Of a stretch of 60,285 bases of DNA, positions 8,440 through 18,578 are shown in pieces. The stretch's first letter is position 1, and every line of letters starts with the position of its first letter. The DNA is from a virus (Duplodnaviria > Caudoviricetes), in the IMG/VR virus record IMGVR_UViG_3300006865_000001, positions 1-60,285 of that record. The stretch is one strand, 5' to 3'. A program made the translations under genes and the position numbers. The notes beneath the pieces were generated by a model. That model was not told the DNA's origin, did no database searches, and saw only the letters and a program-made list of their open reading frames with translations.

Positions 8440-10139
8440 ATGGTCACACCGCTCTTAGTCAGTACAGACTCTATCCTTTGACGTAGATCATCGGCGTCTG
8501 GTCTACCCAACGCTTGAGCCGAAATGATGTCTACACCGAACTGGTGGTAGAAAGCACGCTGAGCCGTTCTGGTATCACGCCCCATTGATTCCTGTAACCC
8601 TCCATACCACATCATAATTTTTCTAAGGGACTGCTGCGATTCCTGCCTGGCGGCGTGCTGTTTCGCTGCTCCATGAAATACAACTGGTGGGTTGCCCGCT
8701 CTTTCCATCGCATTGCGTATCTCGTCGGGATGCCGATCAACCTTAGCTACCTCGCCGCGCATGGCAGCCAGAACTTCCGGTAGCAGTTCGCATAGGTCAC
8801 CATCTACCATCTCGGGGTTTGTGCGACCGACCGGCACAGGTGTCCAACCGCAGAAGGGGCATGTTACATATATTCTCTCAAAAGGAGACATACAGACAGG
8901 GTTGCAGCAAATACGCATCGGGATGGCGTTGGGGTCTTTGTCTTTTTTAGCCGACCGCTCTCGACGGTCGAGTGTCCATTCTTTGCCAATTCGGTCGGGA
9001 AGCAGATGACGGGTCACATTGCCCACATGGTCGATGATCAGTGCCTTCTCCTTGCCCTCCATCGGCCTGAGCGCACGACCGAATTGTTGACAGTAGAGAC
9101 TATACGACTGTGTGGCCCGCGCCATCGACACTACTTCAATGGCCGGTAGGTCGAATCCTTCTCCAAAAATATCGCAATTTACGAGTTGCAGTATCTCTCT
9201 GTTCCTAAATCGACGGATTATCTCACGGCGAAAATTGTCGGGGGTTTTGGCTGATACCGCCTCGGCGGGTACTCCGGCCACGTTGAACAGTCGAGCGAAC
9301 TCAACGGAAGTTTCCACGTCAGGTGCAAATGTCACACCGAGTTTACCAGGGGCCATGCGCAGATAGTGTTCGACCACGTGACCCATTATGCTACTGCTAC
9401 GTGTCTTCTTGGAGAGTTGACCCCTGATGTAATCACCATCGGCACCAAGTGCCACGTCCGTCAGGTCCAAATCAGATGGAGGGCAGGCTATGCGATAGTC
9501 GGTCAGAAACGGTGTGACTATCCCCCGGTGGTCAGGTAGCCCGTTGATGAGTTGCCGCATCCCGGGACCTTCTATCATTACATCCACGATGCCGTCAGCA
9601 TGGCGCCCGAGTCCTTTGCCATCAGCCCTCTCGGGTGTGGCTGTAACCAGCAGGATACGTGCGTGCGGGAATAACGCCAGAGCTTTGCCCCACTTATTCG
9701 TAACCAAGCAATGATGACCCTCGTCGCATACAGCATACGTTACCTGCGCAGCCCAACGAGTGAATGCGTGGTGCTGTGGACTGGTTGGTTTTGCCCACGA
9801 CATAATCGTATCGACGCCGGCCACGGCGCAAATTGCCGAGGGGTTGTAAAAATCCTTGCCTAGTTCAGCGATATGTTGTTGAATGATGCCCCGCACAACA
9901 TTTGTCGGCGCTATGATGCGGTGCCGCACCCCATAACGAGCCAGAGCCAGAGACATTTGCCCGACCAGCTCCTGCCTGTGAGCGATAGCCACACTGCTGC
10001 CACGATGCTCGGAAAGTTCGCTGGAGAACAGGACCGTCTTACCAGATCCGGTTGGTAGTACGGCCATTACAGCCTTGGCGGTGGACCAGGATGATGCGAT
10101 CATTTGTCTCATTTCTGCCTGGTATGGTCTGAGTTGCAA
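8436..10139 (-). CDS. SF2 DEAD/DEAH-box helicase
   Basis: LRPYQ, PTGSGKT, DEGHH, TATP, EGFDLP, QQFGRALR and a C-terminal Zn finger. TTG start after GGAGG. Confidence 0.92.
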   Translation of the reverse strand: MQLRPYQAEMRQMIASSWSTAKAVMAVLPTGSGKTVLFSSELSEHRGSSVAIAHRQELVGQMSLALARYGVRHRIIAPTNVVRGIIQQHIAELGKDFYNPSAICAVAGVDTIMSWAKPTSPQHHAFTRWAAQVTYAVCDEGHHCLVTNKWGKALALFPHARILLVTATPERADGKGLGRHADGIVDVMIEGPGMRQLINGLPDHRGIVTPFLTDYRIACPPSDLDLTDVALGADGDYIRGQLSKKTRSSSIMGHVVEHYLRMAPGKLGVTFAPDVETSVEFARLFNVAGVPAEAVSAKTPDNFRREIIRRFRNREILQLVNCDIFGEGFDLPAIEVVSMARATQSYSLYCQQFGRALRPMEGKEKALIIDHVGNVTRHLLPDRIGKEWTLDRRERSAKKDKDPNAIPMRICCNPVCMSPFERIYVTCPFCGWTPVPVGRTNPEMVDGDLCELLPEVLAAMRGEVAKVDRHPDEIRNAMERAGNPPVVFHGAAKQHAARQESQQSLRKIMMWYGGLQESMGRDTRTAQRAFYHQFGVDIISAQALGRPDADDLRQRIESVLTKSGVTI

Positions 10140-10173
10140 GGTGTGTGACCTCCGTGTGTCTGTGTGCCGAGAG

Positions 10174-10302
10174 ACGGTATACCTAATTGCCTTCGATGTC
10201 AACAATAAATATGAGGGTCGTAACCGGTGGTAATTATTAGCATACACTTATTTTCATAGGGGCTAAAATAATTATTGACATTGAGGGCAATAGGCGTATT
10301 GT
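10174..10302. promoter_or_regulatory. divergent promoter pair
   Basis: Minus strand: TTGACA(10202-10197)-17-TACCGT. Plus strand: TTGACA(10275-10280)-16-TATTGT. AT-rich gap where the coding strand switches. Confidence 0.7.
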
Positions 10303-10369
10303 TGCTCGGCATACAGCGTCACACTATCATTAAAGGGGTTTTGACCCCGATCACAGGGAGGGTACACAG

Positions 10370-10612
10370 ATGAATTTCAAGGCAATGGAATCGACAGACT
10401 CTACTTTTAAACCTCTTACACTCGCCATCACTTTCGACAAGGTTTCCCAACTCAACGCATTCTACGCATTGTTTGCGCACAGCGACATCTGCATATTCAT
10501 GAGGGATCACGGTTTCGACCCGACTCCGATGCGTTATGAAATCGATGGGGTCAACGGTGAACCGAAGTACGGTGACGCATTTACGCAATTACGCAAACTC
10601 AACTCGCTGTAA
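10370..10612 (+). CDS. hypothetical protein
   Basis: GGAGGG RBS; first gene of the rightward operon. Confidence 0.6.
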   Translation: MNFKAMESTDSTFKPLTLAITFDKVSQLNAFYALFAHSDICIFMRDHGFDPTPMRYEIDGVNGEPKYGDAFTQLRKLNSL

Positions 10613-10639
10613 GCAACACACCACAAGGGAGGGTATCAA

Positions 10640-11638
10640 ATGCAACCGAGCGTTAGTTTTACCGTACCACTGACTGCCGCAATACTGCGGGCCATGTTGA
10701 GCGACCTGGAGGGTACGGCTGCCAGCGCCGAGTGCTGCGGGGGCAAGAGTTGTACGGACACCCCGGCCACCACGATCACTGCCAATGGATTAACCGGTGT
10801 GACCGCAGCAACCGATCCTGACTGCGGCGTAGCTGAGCCGCTGACCAGTGGCATCGTGGAGCATGACAACCCGTTTGTGGCCATGCCGGCCCTGACGCCG
10901 CAGCCGATCACCGAGCCATTCATCCTGACCCCCGAGGGCATAGTGCCGGTCACCGATGTGACCGATCCGTTTCTGCTACAGGTAGCCGCACCCCCTGTGC
11001 TGCCGCTCCCCATGCCCCCTGTGATCACCCCACCCCTCGCCCCGCCGACCGGCGTCAAGGTGGATGGTGAGGGTCTGCCGTGGGACCAGCGTATCCACGT
11101 ATCCACCAAGACATTCCGTCAGTCTGACAACACCTGGAAGCTCCGTAAGGGCGTCGATGCTACGCTGGTCGAGGCCGTAAAAGCCGAACTGCGTGCTTGC
11201 ATGGCTGTGCCGGTGCCCGCCAGCCCGCTCACCACAGCCCTCAATACAATAGCGACACTGGACCTCGCCCCGGCGGGCGTACCGCACCTGTCGGGTAGCT
11301 GGACACCCGAGACCGGTCATGTGGTCGGCATCCCTGTGCCGCCTGTGCCAGTGGTCACACCGCCTGTACCAGCACCCCCCGTGACCGTCGCTCCCGAGCC
11401 ACCGCCCGTCGTCACACCACCCCCTGCACCCGGCGCCATGTCCTTCACCGACTTTGTGACCTGGGCCACCGGTAAGATGGTTGCCAAGGAAATCAGCCGG
11501 ACGCAGCTTGAGGAAGCCTGCAAGAGCGAGGGGATCAGCAGTATGCCCATGCTCCAGAACCGTCCCGACCTGATACCGGCTATCCATAAGTTCCTGGAGA
11601 GCATCTGCCTGCCGGCCAGCAGCGTGGGAGGTGTGTGA
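10640..11638 (+). CDS. Pro-rich conserved phage protein
   Basis: VDGEGLPWDQRIH...WKLRKGVD motif resembling proteins beside DUF2800/DUF2815 genes. Confidence 0.7.
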   Translation: MQPSVSFTVPLTAAILRAMLSDLEGTAASAECCGGKSCTDTPATTITANGLTGVTAATDPDCGVAEPLTSGIVEHDNPFVAMPALTPQPITEPFILTPEGIVPVTDVTDPFLLQVAAPPVLPLPMPPVITPPLAPPTGVKVDGEGLPWDQRIHVSTKTFRQSDNTWKLRKGVDATLVEAVKAELRACMAVPVPASPLTTALNTIATLDLAPAGVPHLSGSWTPETGHVVGIPVPPVPVVTPPVPAPPVTVAPEPPPVVTPPPAPGAMSFTDFVTWATGKMVAKEISRTQLEEACKSEGISSMPMLQNRPDLIPAIHKFLESICLPASSVGGV

Positions 11639-12210
11639 CCATGAGCCGACTGACCAAGGACCAGAAGACCACTATCATCAACAAGGTTCTCAACAAGACC
11701 TTTACCGAGCGACAGGAAGCATTGGTAGCCGGGTTTAAAACACTCGGTGACAGTATTTGGGAATCGTTGTACGGTACTCACCGTAAGGTGATCGCTGCAA
11801 TGCCTGAGAGCTTTCTATCGATGGTAACCAGTGTGCCGGTCCACTTCGACGGCGCTAGTGGTCGGTGGGGTTACGACCACATCCCGATGAGCGGTGAACA
11901 ACCGGTACCGTCAAGGGTTGCCAGAAACAATCAGGCCGCTGCATCCTATGATCAGACCGAGCCGTTCGCCATCGAGCACAAGCGGTTGTCCGAGGTCAAG
12001 GACAAACTCAGCAAGGACCGTGAACTGCTCAAGCGTAGCCTCGACGGTATGTTCTACTCGGTCAACACCCGGAAACAAGCACTCGCTGCATGGCCCGAGT
12101 GCGAACCGTTCCTGCCGGCTGATGTGCCGGTGATCAAGAATCTACCGACCTTGCCGACCCACGATCTGAACGCTCTGATCGCCAGCATGTCGGCCACAGG
12201 AGGTGCGTAG
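11635..12210 (+). CDS. Nmad5-like (nucleotide modification-associated domain 5) protein
   Basis: MSRLTKDQK...SVNTRKQALAAWPE...LP...NLPT...LNALI pattern. Confidence 0.7.
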   Translation: MTMSRLTKDQKTTIINKVLNKTFTERQEALVAGFKTLGDSIWESLYGTHRKVIAAMPESFLSMVTSVPVHFDGASGRWGYDHIPMSGEQPVPSRVARNNQAAASYDQTEPFAIEHKRLSEVKDKLSKDRELLKRSLDGMFYSVNTRKQALAAWPECEPFLPADVPVIKNLPTLPTHDLNALIASMSATGGA

Positions 12211-13355
12211 TGGGTAAACACAGCCGCCTCAGCCCATCGGCAGCCAACCGATGGGTAGCTTGCCCGGGCAGTGTGACCCTCAGCGAGCGTTACCCCGAGC
12301 CACCCGGCTCCAGTAGCGAATCGGCAGCCGAGGGTACAGCCAGCCATTGGGTCGGTGAGCAACTGCTCAGGGGGCTGCCGACCCCTACACCCGGCACCCG
12401 TTGCCCCGAGAACGGTGTGGTCCTCAGCATGGAGATGATCGACGGCGCCCATGAGTACGCCACGGTCGTGCTGGCCGCCGCCAAGCACACTACCGCCGTG
12501 CAACTCCATGTCGAGGATCGGCTTGCCGTACCCCGTATTCATGAGGAGTGTTTCGGCACCGTGGACTGCTGGTTCTGGTTGCCGTACAGCCAGGAACTGC
12601 ACATCATTGACTACAAATTTGGATGGCAACCTGTCGAGGCTCGCCAGAACCACCAGCTCATCTGCTACGCTGCCGGCGCGATGGATAAGATGGGTGTAGA
12701 CGGTATTAAGGACCAGCAGATCACGGTCGTCCTGCACATCGTCCAACCGCGACCGCATCACCCGCTCGGCACTCATCGGGAATGGCGGGTGTCGGGCTCC
12801 GATCTGAGAGCGCATATCAACGCTCTACGCCACGCTGCTACTATGGCGCTCGGTCCCGATCCGGCGGCTTGCTCAGGTGAGCATTGCAAATACTGCCGTG
12901 CTCGCCATGCCTGTCCTGCACTTGGTCAGGCGGCAATGATTGCCGTGGACTACGTGTGCCAGGCACAACCTGACGACCTGTCGTATGCCGCGATGGCTCT
13001 GGAGTACCGGACGCTGGAGCGGGTGGCTGCGTTGGTCAAGGCTCGGCTGTCGGGGCATGAGGCCCGTATGATCGGTCAGATACAGTCTGGCGGGTCGATA
13101 CCAGGCTACTCGGTCGAGTCGGGGTACGGCAGGGAGTCGTGGAACAGGCCGGTTGCCGAGGTGCTGGCGCTCGGTGAGATGATGGGCGTATCGGTCGCGG
13201 CACCCGTTGCAGCTATCACACCGGCTCAGGCCCGTAAGGCCGGACTCAGTGCCGAGCTGATCGCGGCATACGCTGGCAAGGAGAAGACCGGGCTGAAGCT
13301 GGTCGCGGTAGCAGAGAGCAAGGCGGCATTGGCGTTCGCGCCTGCCGCGCAGTAG
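12210..13355 (+). CDS. DUF2800 Cas4-like PD-(D/E)XK nuclease
   Basis: HSRLSPSAANRWVACPGS, EGTASH, GTVD, IIDYKFG, QLICYA, HCKYCRARHAC. Confidence 0.9.
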   Translation: MGKHSRLSPSAANRWVACPGSVTLSERYPEPPGSSSESAAEGTASHWVGEQLLRGLPTPTPGTRCPENGVVLSMEMIDGAHEYATVVLAAAKHTTAVQLHVEDRLAVPRIHEECFGTVDCWFWLPYSQELHIIDYKFGWQPVEARQNHQLICYAAGAMDKMGVDGIKDQQITVVLHIVQPRPHHPLGTHREWRVSGSDLRAHINALRHAATMALGPDPAACSGEHCKYCRARHACPALGQAAMIAVDYVCQAQPDDLSYAAMALEYRTLERVAALVKARLSGHEARMIGQIQSGGSIPGYSVESGYGRESWNRPVAEVLALGEMMGVSVAAPVAAITPAQARKAGLSAELIAAYAGKEKTGLKLVAVAESKAALAFAPAAQ

Positions 13356-13379
13356 CCCGAGGGGGCAAGGAGGTACCAC

Positions 13380-13764
13380 ATGGAATGGTGGCATATTTAT
13401 TTGTTCACAAGGTTGGATAGCTTCTCGACGTTTTTCACCGTAGTAATGGTCGTCACGACAATCGCAGTTATCGCGGGGGGGCTTGCTTTACATCCCTGCC
13501 ATGGCTGACTTCGGTGACGACCATGGTCCGGCAATCAAGAGAGCATTTAAAATCACAGTAGCCGTGTGGCTGTTTGCTACGTTCGCCGCTCTTGCTATCC
13601 CTACACAGAAAGAAGCCGCTGCGATCTACCTGCTACCAAAACTGGCAAAGAGTGATTTCACAAAAGAGGCGAGCAAGATTCCGACCGACGCGGCAAAACT
13701 CATGCGATTGAAGTTGGAGTCGTGGATTGCCGACATGGAACCCAAGAAACCCGAAACCAAGTAG
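13380..13764 (+). pseudogene. membrane protein gene split by a frameshift at a G7 run
   Basis: AGGAGG-ATG 13380 frame stops at 13508. The +1 frame continues (13483-13764). Deleting one G from 13475-13481 joins them. Confidence 0.65.
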
Positions 13765-13789
13765 TTACACCACCCACAGGAGGCAGCAA

Positions 13790-14599
13790 ATGGCAAGATT
13801 TGGCGAAAACGCAGTAATCACCGGAGCAGCAGCGATCATTTGGGACGGCATCACCCGGCCCGAGACCACGAAGAACGGGGTGGCACTCCCCAAACCGATC
13901 TACTCGATCAAGGTGGCGTTCAACCCCGCGGCCCCCGAGAAGCTGGAACTGGATGGCTTGGTGCAGGCGGCTCTGATCGCTAGCGAGTTCAAGGGTGTTA
14001 TGCCTTTCAACGGTGACCATCCGGTCAAGCAGTGCGATCCGACACTGGCTGCCGGGGCACTCACCGGCCTGGTCAGCATCAACGCGAAGACCCGCAACGG
14101 CGCACCCAAGGTGTTCGACCTGAACGGTCAGCAGATGGAACCGATGGCATACGGCTCCATGCTCTACCCGGGCGCCCTGGTCAAACTGCTGGTCACCGCC
14201 TACGCGTTCAACAAGGAGGGCAACAAGGGTGTGGCTCTGTCGCTGGACGGCATCCAGATCGTTGACGCAACGGCCCCCCGCCTGCCCATCGGTGGCGCTG
14301 GTCCCGATGCCGCAGCGGCATTCGGCGGTCAGGCACCGGTAGCAGCCACACCGCCCGTTGCTCAGGGGTACGTTGCTCCCAATAGCGGTGCAGTCGCCAC
14401 ACCCCCCGTGGCACCGGTAACCGTCAACACGCCGGGTGTCGTGCCGGCTCCCTCGTTCCTGGCCCCGCCCGTACCGGTCGCCCCGGTGCCCGCTGGCCCG
14501 GTGATGACAGCCAAGGCGAACGGTATGACCTACGAGGCGTTCAAGGCGAATCCGGCCTGGACCGATGAACTGCTCCGTTCCGAGGGGTACATGCTGTAG
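13790..14599 (+). CDS. DUF2815-type single-stranded DNA-binding protein
   Basis: YSI...PKVFD...YPGA.V...YAF..GNKGVALSLDGIQ, Pro-rich tail, AGGAGG RBS. Confidence 0.85.
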   Translation: MARFGENAVITGAAAIIWDGITRPETTKNGVALPKPIYSIKVAFNPAAPEKLELDGLVQAALIASEFKGVMPFNGDHPVKQCDPTLAAGALTGLVSINAKTRNGAPKVFDLNGQQMEPMAYGSMLYPGALVKLLVTAYAFNKEGNKGVALSLDGIQIVDATAPRLPIGGAGPDAAAAFGGQAPVAATPPVAQGYVAPNSGAVATPPVAPVTVNTPGVVPAPSFLAPPVPVAPVPAGPVMTAKANGMTYEAFKANPAWTDELLRSEGYML

Positions 14600-14659
14600 G
14601 TAACCAGTGGCGGGGTGGTCTGTCTGACGCCCCGCCCACCACTCAAGCGAGGTGTGATT

Positions 14660-14896
14660 GTGCCCCATGAACAGATTGAGGATAGCTACCATGGTGAGGA
14701 AGATACACCAATCAGCACAGTCAGACGTAACCTCTTGAATGAGAGGGGGTATTCCCCCTACTGTGGAGCGGAACGATGCTACTTGACTTGGCCGCGTACT
14801 TCTTTTGATGGTGAGCAGTTTAAATGCCGTTGTGGCTGGCGGTCGTCATTTGAGTTAGAATTTATAACAGAGTACAAAGTCAGGTGGCATAAATAA
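14660..14896 (+). CDS. hypothetical protein
   Basis: YSPYCG...C...FKCRCGW. Confidence 0.6.
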   Translation: MPHEQIEDSYHGEEDTPISTVRRNLLNERGYSPYCGAERCYLTWPRTSFDGEQFKCRCGWRSSFELEFITEYKVRWHK

Positions 14897-14919
14897 CCAC
14901 CCACTCTGGAGGCATAGCT

Positions 14920-15108
14920 ATGCTACTCTACAATGTAGTTGTATCATATCCTGTAGCTAGACCGAGTGGTATAGAATTCTACCCGTCAGTTGTCAATCCG
15001 CGCCCTGTGGACCGTGAGACGGCTGACGAAATTATGGCAGATTGCAAGAGTCGGGGCGTGAGCTGTCGGCTGGAGGGGTCGGTCCGATGGGCCGCCCGGG
15101 AGGTGTGA
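14920..15108 (+). CDS. hypothetical protein
   Basis: GGAGG RBS. Confidence 0.55.
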   Translation: MLLYNVVVSYPVARPSGIEFYPSVVNPRPVDRETADEIMADCKSRGVSCRLEGSVRWAAREV

Positions 15109-15110
15109 CC

Positions 15111-15197
15111 ATGTGGATAGTCGTAGCGTTCATGGCTGGTGGGATGGTCGGCGTGGTGCTGATGTGTTTGTTGCAGATAAACAGGGGGTCTGAGTGA
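15111..15197 (+). CDS. 28-aa hydrophobic peptide (DUF3789-like)
   Basis: GGAGGTGTGACCATG; MWIVVAFMAGGMVGVVLMCLLQINRGSE. Confidence 0.5.
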   Translation: MWIVVAFMAGGMVGVVLMCLLQINRGSE

Positions 15198-15346
15198 TGC
15201 GGTGCCCATACTGCAAGACCGATATTCCCGAACATGTAATGAAAATGATGGAACTGTTGGATGATCTGGAAAAATACCCGTATCTTCTTGAGGTTCCTGA
15301 ACTGCAACCAGAATGGTATCGTCTGCGTAAACTATTGGGGGTATGA
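15197..15346 (+). CDS. small hypothetical protein
   Basis: TGATG coupling; MRCPYCK... Confidence 0.5.
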   Translation: MRCPYCKTDIPEHVMKMMELLDDLEKYPYLLEVPELQPEWYRLRKLLGV

Positions 15347-15352
15347 CCACAC

Positions 15353-15679
15353 ATGCAACAGTTAGAGCAAGACATTAAGTATTGGGCCGATAGCCGCTGG
15401 CCCACTCGCACCCTGGCAAGCCGCCTGCGGAAGCTCGGGGAGGAAGTAGGTGAGTTGGCTGAGGCTGTGTGCCTGCTGCCGGGCACTGGTCGAGCCAGTC
15501 GTGAGGCCGCCCGTGAAGCAGCCGACTGTGCCATTGTCCTAAGTGACATCTGTAGCCTGCTTGGCTACTCGCTGTCAGCGGTCATGCAGGAGAAATTCGC
15601 CGAGGTGCAGGCGAGGCCGGTGTATCAACCAGAGTGCATGTGTCATGTAATGTTCGGCCCATGCGAGATACACGGATGA
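15353..15679 (+). CDS. MazG-like nucleotide pyrophosphohydrolase
   Basis: KLGEEVGELAEA...EAADC...L..VMQEKF. Confidence 0.85.
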   Translation: MQQLEQDIKYWADSRWPTRTLASRLRKLGEEVGELAEAVCLLPGTGRASREAAREAADCAIVLSDICSLLGYSLSAVMQEKFAEVQARPVYQPECMCHVMFGPCEIHG

Positions 15680-16035
15680 CCACACCCGGCGTGAAGATCG
15701 AAATAATGGTATCCAAACAGGATGCCCGCTCGCTGGCGCTCCTTGCAATGGGAGACGCACTCTTCACCGACCTGGAGACCCGGTTCAATCGGGGCTCTAT
15801 GGCACACGCAGAAGTGAAGGATGTCCTTGAGAAAATAAAGACCATAGACAGCCGTATCAAGGGGCGAGTCTGTGACGATTACATGCTGGCGACCGAGCGG
15901 TTCTTTGCACGCGTGCAGCTCGCCCTGGATGAGTTCTGGGGGGAAATCACCGATCAGGACCGGGAGGACGCCGACAAGGCCTGGGCCGGCGAGAAGGACG
16001 ACCATCGGATACTCCGACCACTGGAGGCAATGTGA
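15676..16035 (+). CDS. hypothetical protein
   Basis: ATGA overlap with MazG and GTGA overlap with the polymerase. Confidence 0.6.
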   Translation: MTTPGVKIEIMVSKQDARSLALLAMGDALFTDLETRFNRGSMAHAEVKDVLEKIKTIDSRIKGRVCDDYMLATERFFARVQLALDEFWGEITDQDREDADKAWAGEKDDHRILRPLEAM

Positions 16036-17921
16036 CCGCTGACCCCCGCGATATCGTCTACGATACGGAGTCCTATGCCAACGTGTTCACCCTGTCAGCC
16101 AAGCACGCGACTACCGGTGTCCGTTGGCGGTTTGAATACTCCAACCGTCGCAACGACATACCGGCCATGATCGACTGGCTCACCGCCCTGCGGTCAGGTG
16201 GCTCCAGGATGGTCGGATTCAATAATATTTCATTTGACTACCCGGTGCTGCATTTCATCCTGAACACTCAACCCCTGCCCACGCCGACAGAAATCAACGC
16301 CTTTGTTCAGCGCATCATCAACGCCGATCACAGCCGCCGCTTTGACCATATCATTTGGGATCGTGAGCGGTATGTGGAGCAGGTTGACCTGTACAAGATT
16401 CACCACTTCGACAACGTGGCCCGGGCAACCAGCCTCAAGGTGTTGGAATTTAACATGCGGTCACGTAGTATACAGGATTTGCCGTTCAAGACTGGTACCA
16501 CTCTGACCGACAGCCAGATAGACGAGTTGCTGGATTACAACGACCATGACGTAGACAAGACCGAAGAGTTCTATTATCACACGCTGCCGGCCATCCGGTT
16601 CAGGGAGGCATTGTCGGCCAAGTACGGTCGGAATTTCCTGAACCATAATGACACGAAGATTGGCAAAGACTATTTCATCATGCGGCTGGAGCAGGATGCG
16701 CCGGGTAGCTGCTACTGCGTGGGACCGGACGGCAAGCGGGTGCCGAGGCAGACGATCCGTGAGAGCATAGCACTGAAGGATGTGATATTTCCTTGGATCA
16801 AGTTCAAGCGGCCTGAGTTCACCGCCATACAAGAGTGGTTGGCTGCTCAGGTCATCACCGAGACCAAGGGGGTGTTTGAGAAGCTGTCGGCCACCGTGGA
16901 CGGTTTTCAATTCGATTTTGGCACCGGAGGGGTGCATGGGAGTGTGACCAACCGCATTGTGCGCTCGGACGCTGACCACATCATCCAAGATTGGGATGTC
17001 GAGAGCTACTATCCGAACATCGGTATCAAGAACAGGGTGCACCCTGAGCATCTTGGTGAGGTGTTCTGCGACATCTACTCGGATGTGTTTGAGCAGCGTA
17101 AGTCGTATCCCAAAGGAACGCCTGAGAATGCTATGCTCAAACTGGCATTGAACGGGGTCTACGGTGACAGCAACAACAAATACAGCCCGTTTTACGATCC
17201 GGCTTACACGATGGCAATCACGATCAACGGTCAATTGCTTCTGTGCCTGTTGGCTGACTACCTGATGGACATCCCGGGTCTTGAGATGATCCAGGTCAAT
17301 ACGGACGGTTTGACCATCAGGATACCTCGCAACCGTGAACCCGATGTGACTGCCGTGACCGATTGGTGGCAGTCACACACCTTACTTCGGTTGGAGATGG
17401 CTGAGTATGATCGGATAGCCCTGCGAGATGTAAATTCGTACCTCGCGGTCAAACCGGACGGTAAGCTCAAACGCAAGGGGGCGTATGAATGGCAGGCAAC
17501 CGACCAAGGCGGCACTCTCGGTTGGCACCAGAACCACAGCGCCCTGGTCATACCGAAAGCTGCCGAGGCGGCATTGGTCGAGGGGATACCGGTCAGGGAG
17601 TTCATCCTGAACCATGACGACTTGCACGACTTCATGCTCCGCACCAAGGTACCTCGGACAAGTAGGCTGGTGCTGGAGACCGATGGGGTTGCCACACCTT
17701 GCCAGAACATCACGCGCTACTACGTGTCGAAGCAAGGTGGGTCGCTGGTCAAGATCATGCCACCACTTACCAAGAAGCCGGGTGTCGAGCGTCGGATAGG
17801 CGTATGCGTGGGGTGGGCCGTGTGGCCCTGCAACGAGTTGACGGGCGTGAGTGGGACGGACATCAACATGGAGTATTACATCAACGAGGCCGAGAAGCTG
17901 GTGCGACCATTAAGGGGGTAA
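16032..17921 (+). CDS. family B DNA polymerase
   Basis: Exonuclease motifs YDTES, GFNN..FD, Y...D; polymerase motifs DVESYYP, KLALNGVYG, NTDG. Confidence 0.92.
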   Translation: MTADPRDIVYDTESYANVFTLSAKHATTGVRWRFEYSNRRNDIPAMIDWLTALRSGGSRMVGFNNISFDYPVLHFILNTQPLPTPTEINAFVQRIINADHSRRFDHIIWDRERYVEQVDLYKIHHFDNVARATSLKVLEFNMRSRSIQDLPFKTGTTLTDSQIDELLDYNDHDVDKTEEFYYHTLPAIRFREALSAKYGRNFLNHNDTKIGKDYFIMRLEQDAPGSCYCVGPDGKRVPRQTIRESIALKDVIFPWIKFKRPEFTAIQEWLAAQVITETKGVFEKLSATVDGFQFDFGTGGVHGSVTNRIVRSDADHIIQDWDVESYYPNIGIKNRVHPEHLGEVFCDIYSDVFEQRKSYPKGTPENAMLKLALNGVYGDSNNKYSPFYDPAYTMAITINGQLLLCLLADYLMDIPGLEMIQVNTDGLTIRIPRNREPDVTAVTDWWQSHTLLRLEMAEYDRIALRDVNSYLAVKPDGKLKRKGAYEWQATDQGGTLGWHQNHSALVIPKAAEAALVEGIPVREFILNHDDLHDFMLRTKVPRTSRLVLETDGVATPCQNITRYYVSKQGGSLVKIMPPLTKKPGVERRIGVCVGWAVWPCNELTGVSGTDINMEYYINEAEKLVRPLRG

Positions 17922-17925
17922 CGCT

Positions 17926-18123
17926 GTGGAGGTAATAGTCAAACATTCGGTGCAATCATGTCGCCAATGCCCGCACTCAGACAACAGTGCGATGAGGCAC
18001 GATGATCCATTCACCAGTAGCCCCGCGAACAATACTTGGTTCTGTAATCATCCAGAGAGAAACAAGTGGCACGACATCATCGAGGATGAGAATAAAATAG
18101 ACAAACGGTGCCCGTTGGCATGA
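17926..18123 (+). CDS. small Cys-rich hypothetical protein
   Basis: CRQCPH...WFC...CPL. Confidence 0.55.
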   Translation: MEVIVKHSVQSCRQCPHSDNSAMRHDDPFTSSPANNTWFCNHPERNKWHDIIEDENKIDKRCPLA

Positions 18124-18131
18124 GGGGGTGA

Positions 18132-18578
18132 GTGGGGATGACTTACTGCAAGAAACACGGACATACGTTTAATTGTGATTGCGCAGAGTGTGTATCCACC
18201 ACTCAGACTCGGGCTGGCGTACCAGCCCACGCCACCAAGCCGTCTGACCAAGTGAAGTACCCTGTGCCACATACTCCCACAGCCATCCAACCCGGCTACG
18301 AGTCGCTTGCCACGGTGCTCCAGTGTGCCCTTGACCAATCGCAGTCAGGCAAGGGCAAGGAACGCCATGCTACCGGCGACACGCCGTTCCTGCAGCAGCC
18401 CATCTGCACCATTGGGCGCATGACTGGTATCGGGTACAATGTCGGTCAGGCGATGAAGAAAGGCCAGGAGGCTATGCGGCTGCCCCGCGACAGGGCACAA
18501 GCCGAACTGCTCGGCGCCATCGTGTACCTGGCGTCAGCGTACCTGCTGTTGGGTGAGCGTGATGGCAACGGGCGGTGA
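18132..18578 (+). CDS. conserved hypothetical phage protein
   Basis: GKGKERHA...QPI...GQAMKK.QEA...ELLGAIVY. Confidence 0.7.
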   Translation: MGMTYCKKHGHTFNCDCAECVSTTQTRAGVPAHATKPSDQVKYPVPHTPTAIQPGYESLATVLQCALDQSQSGKGKERHATGDTPFLQQPICTIGRMTGIGYNVGQAMKKGQEAMRLPRDRAQAELLGAIVYLASAYLLLGERDGNGR

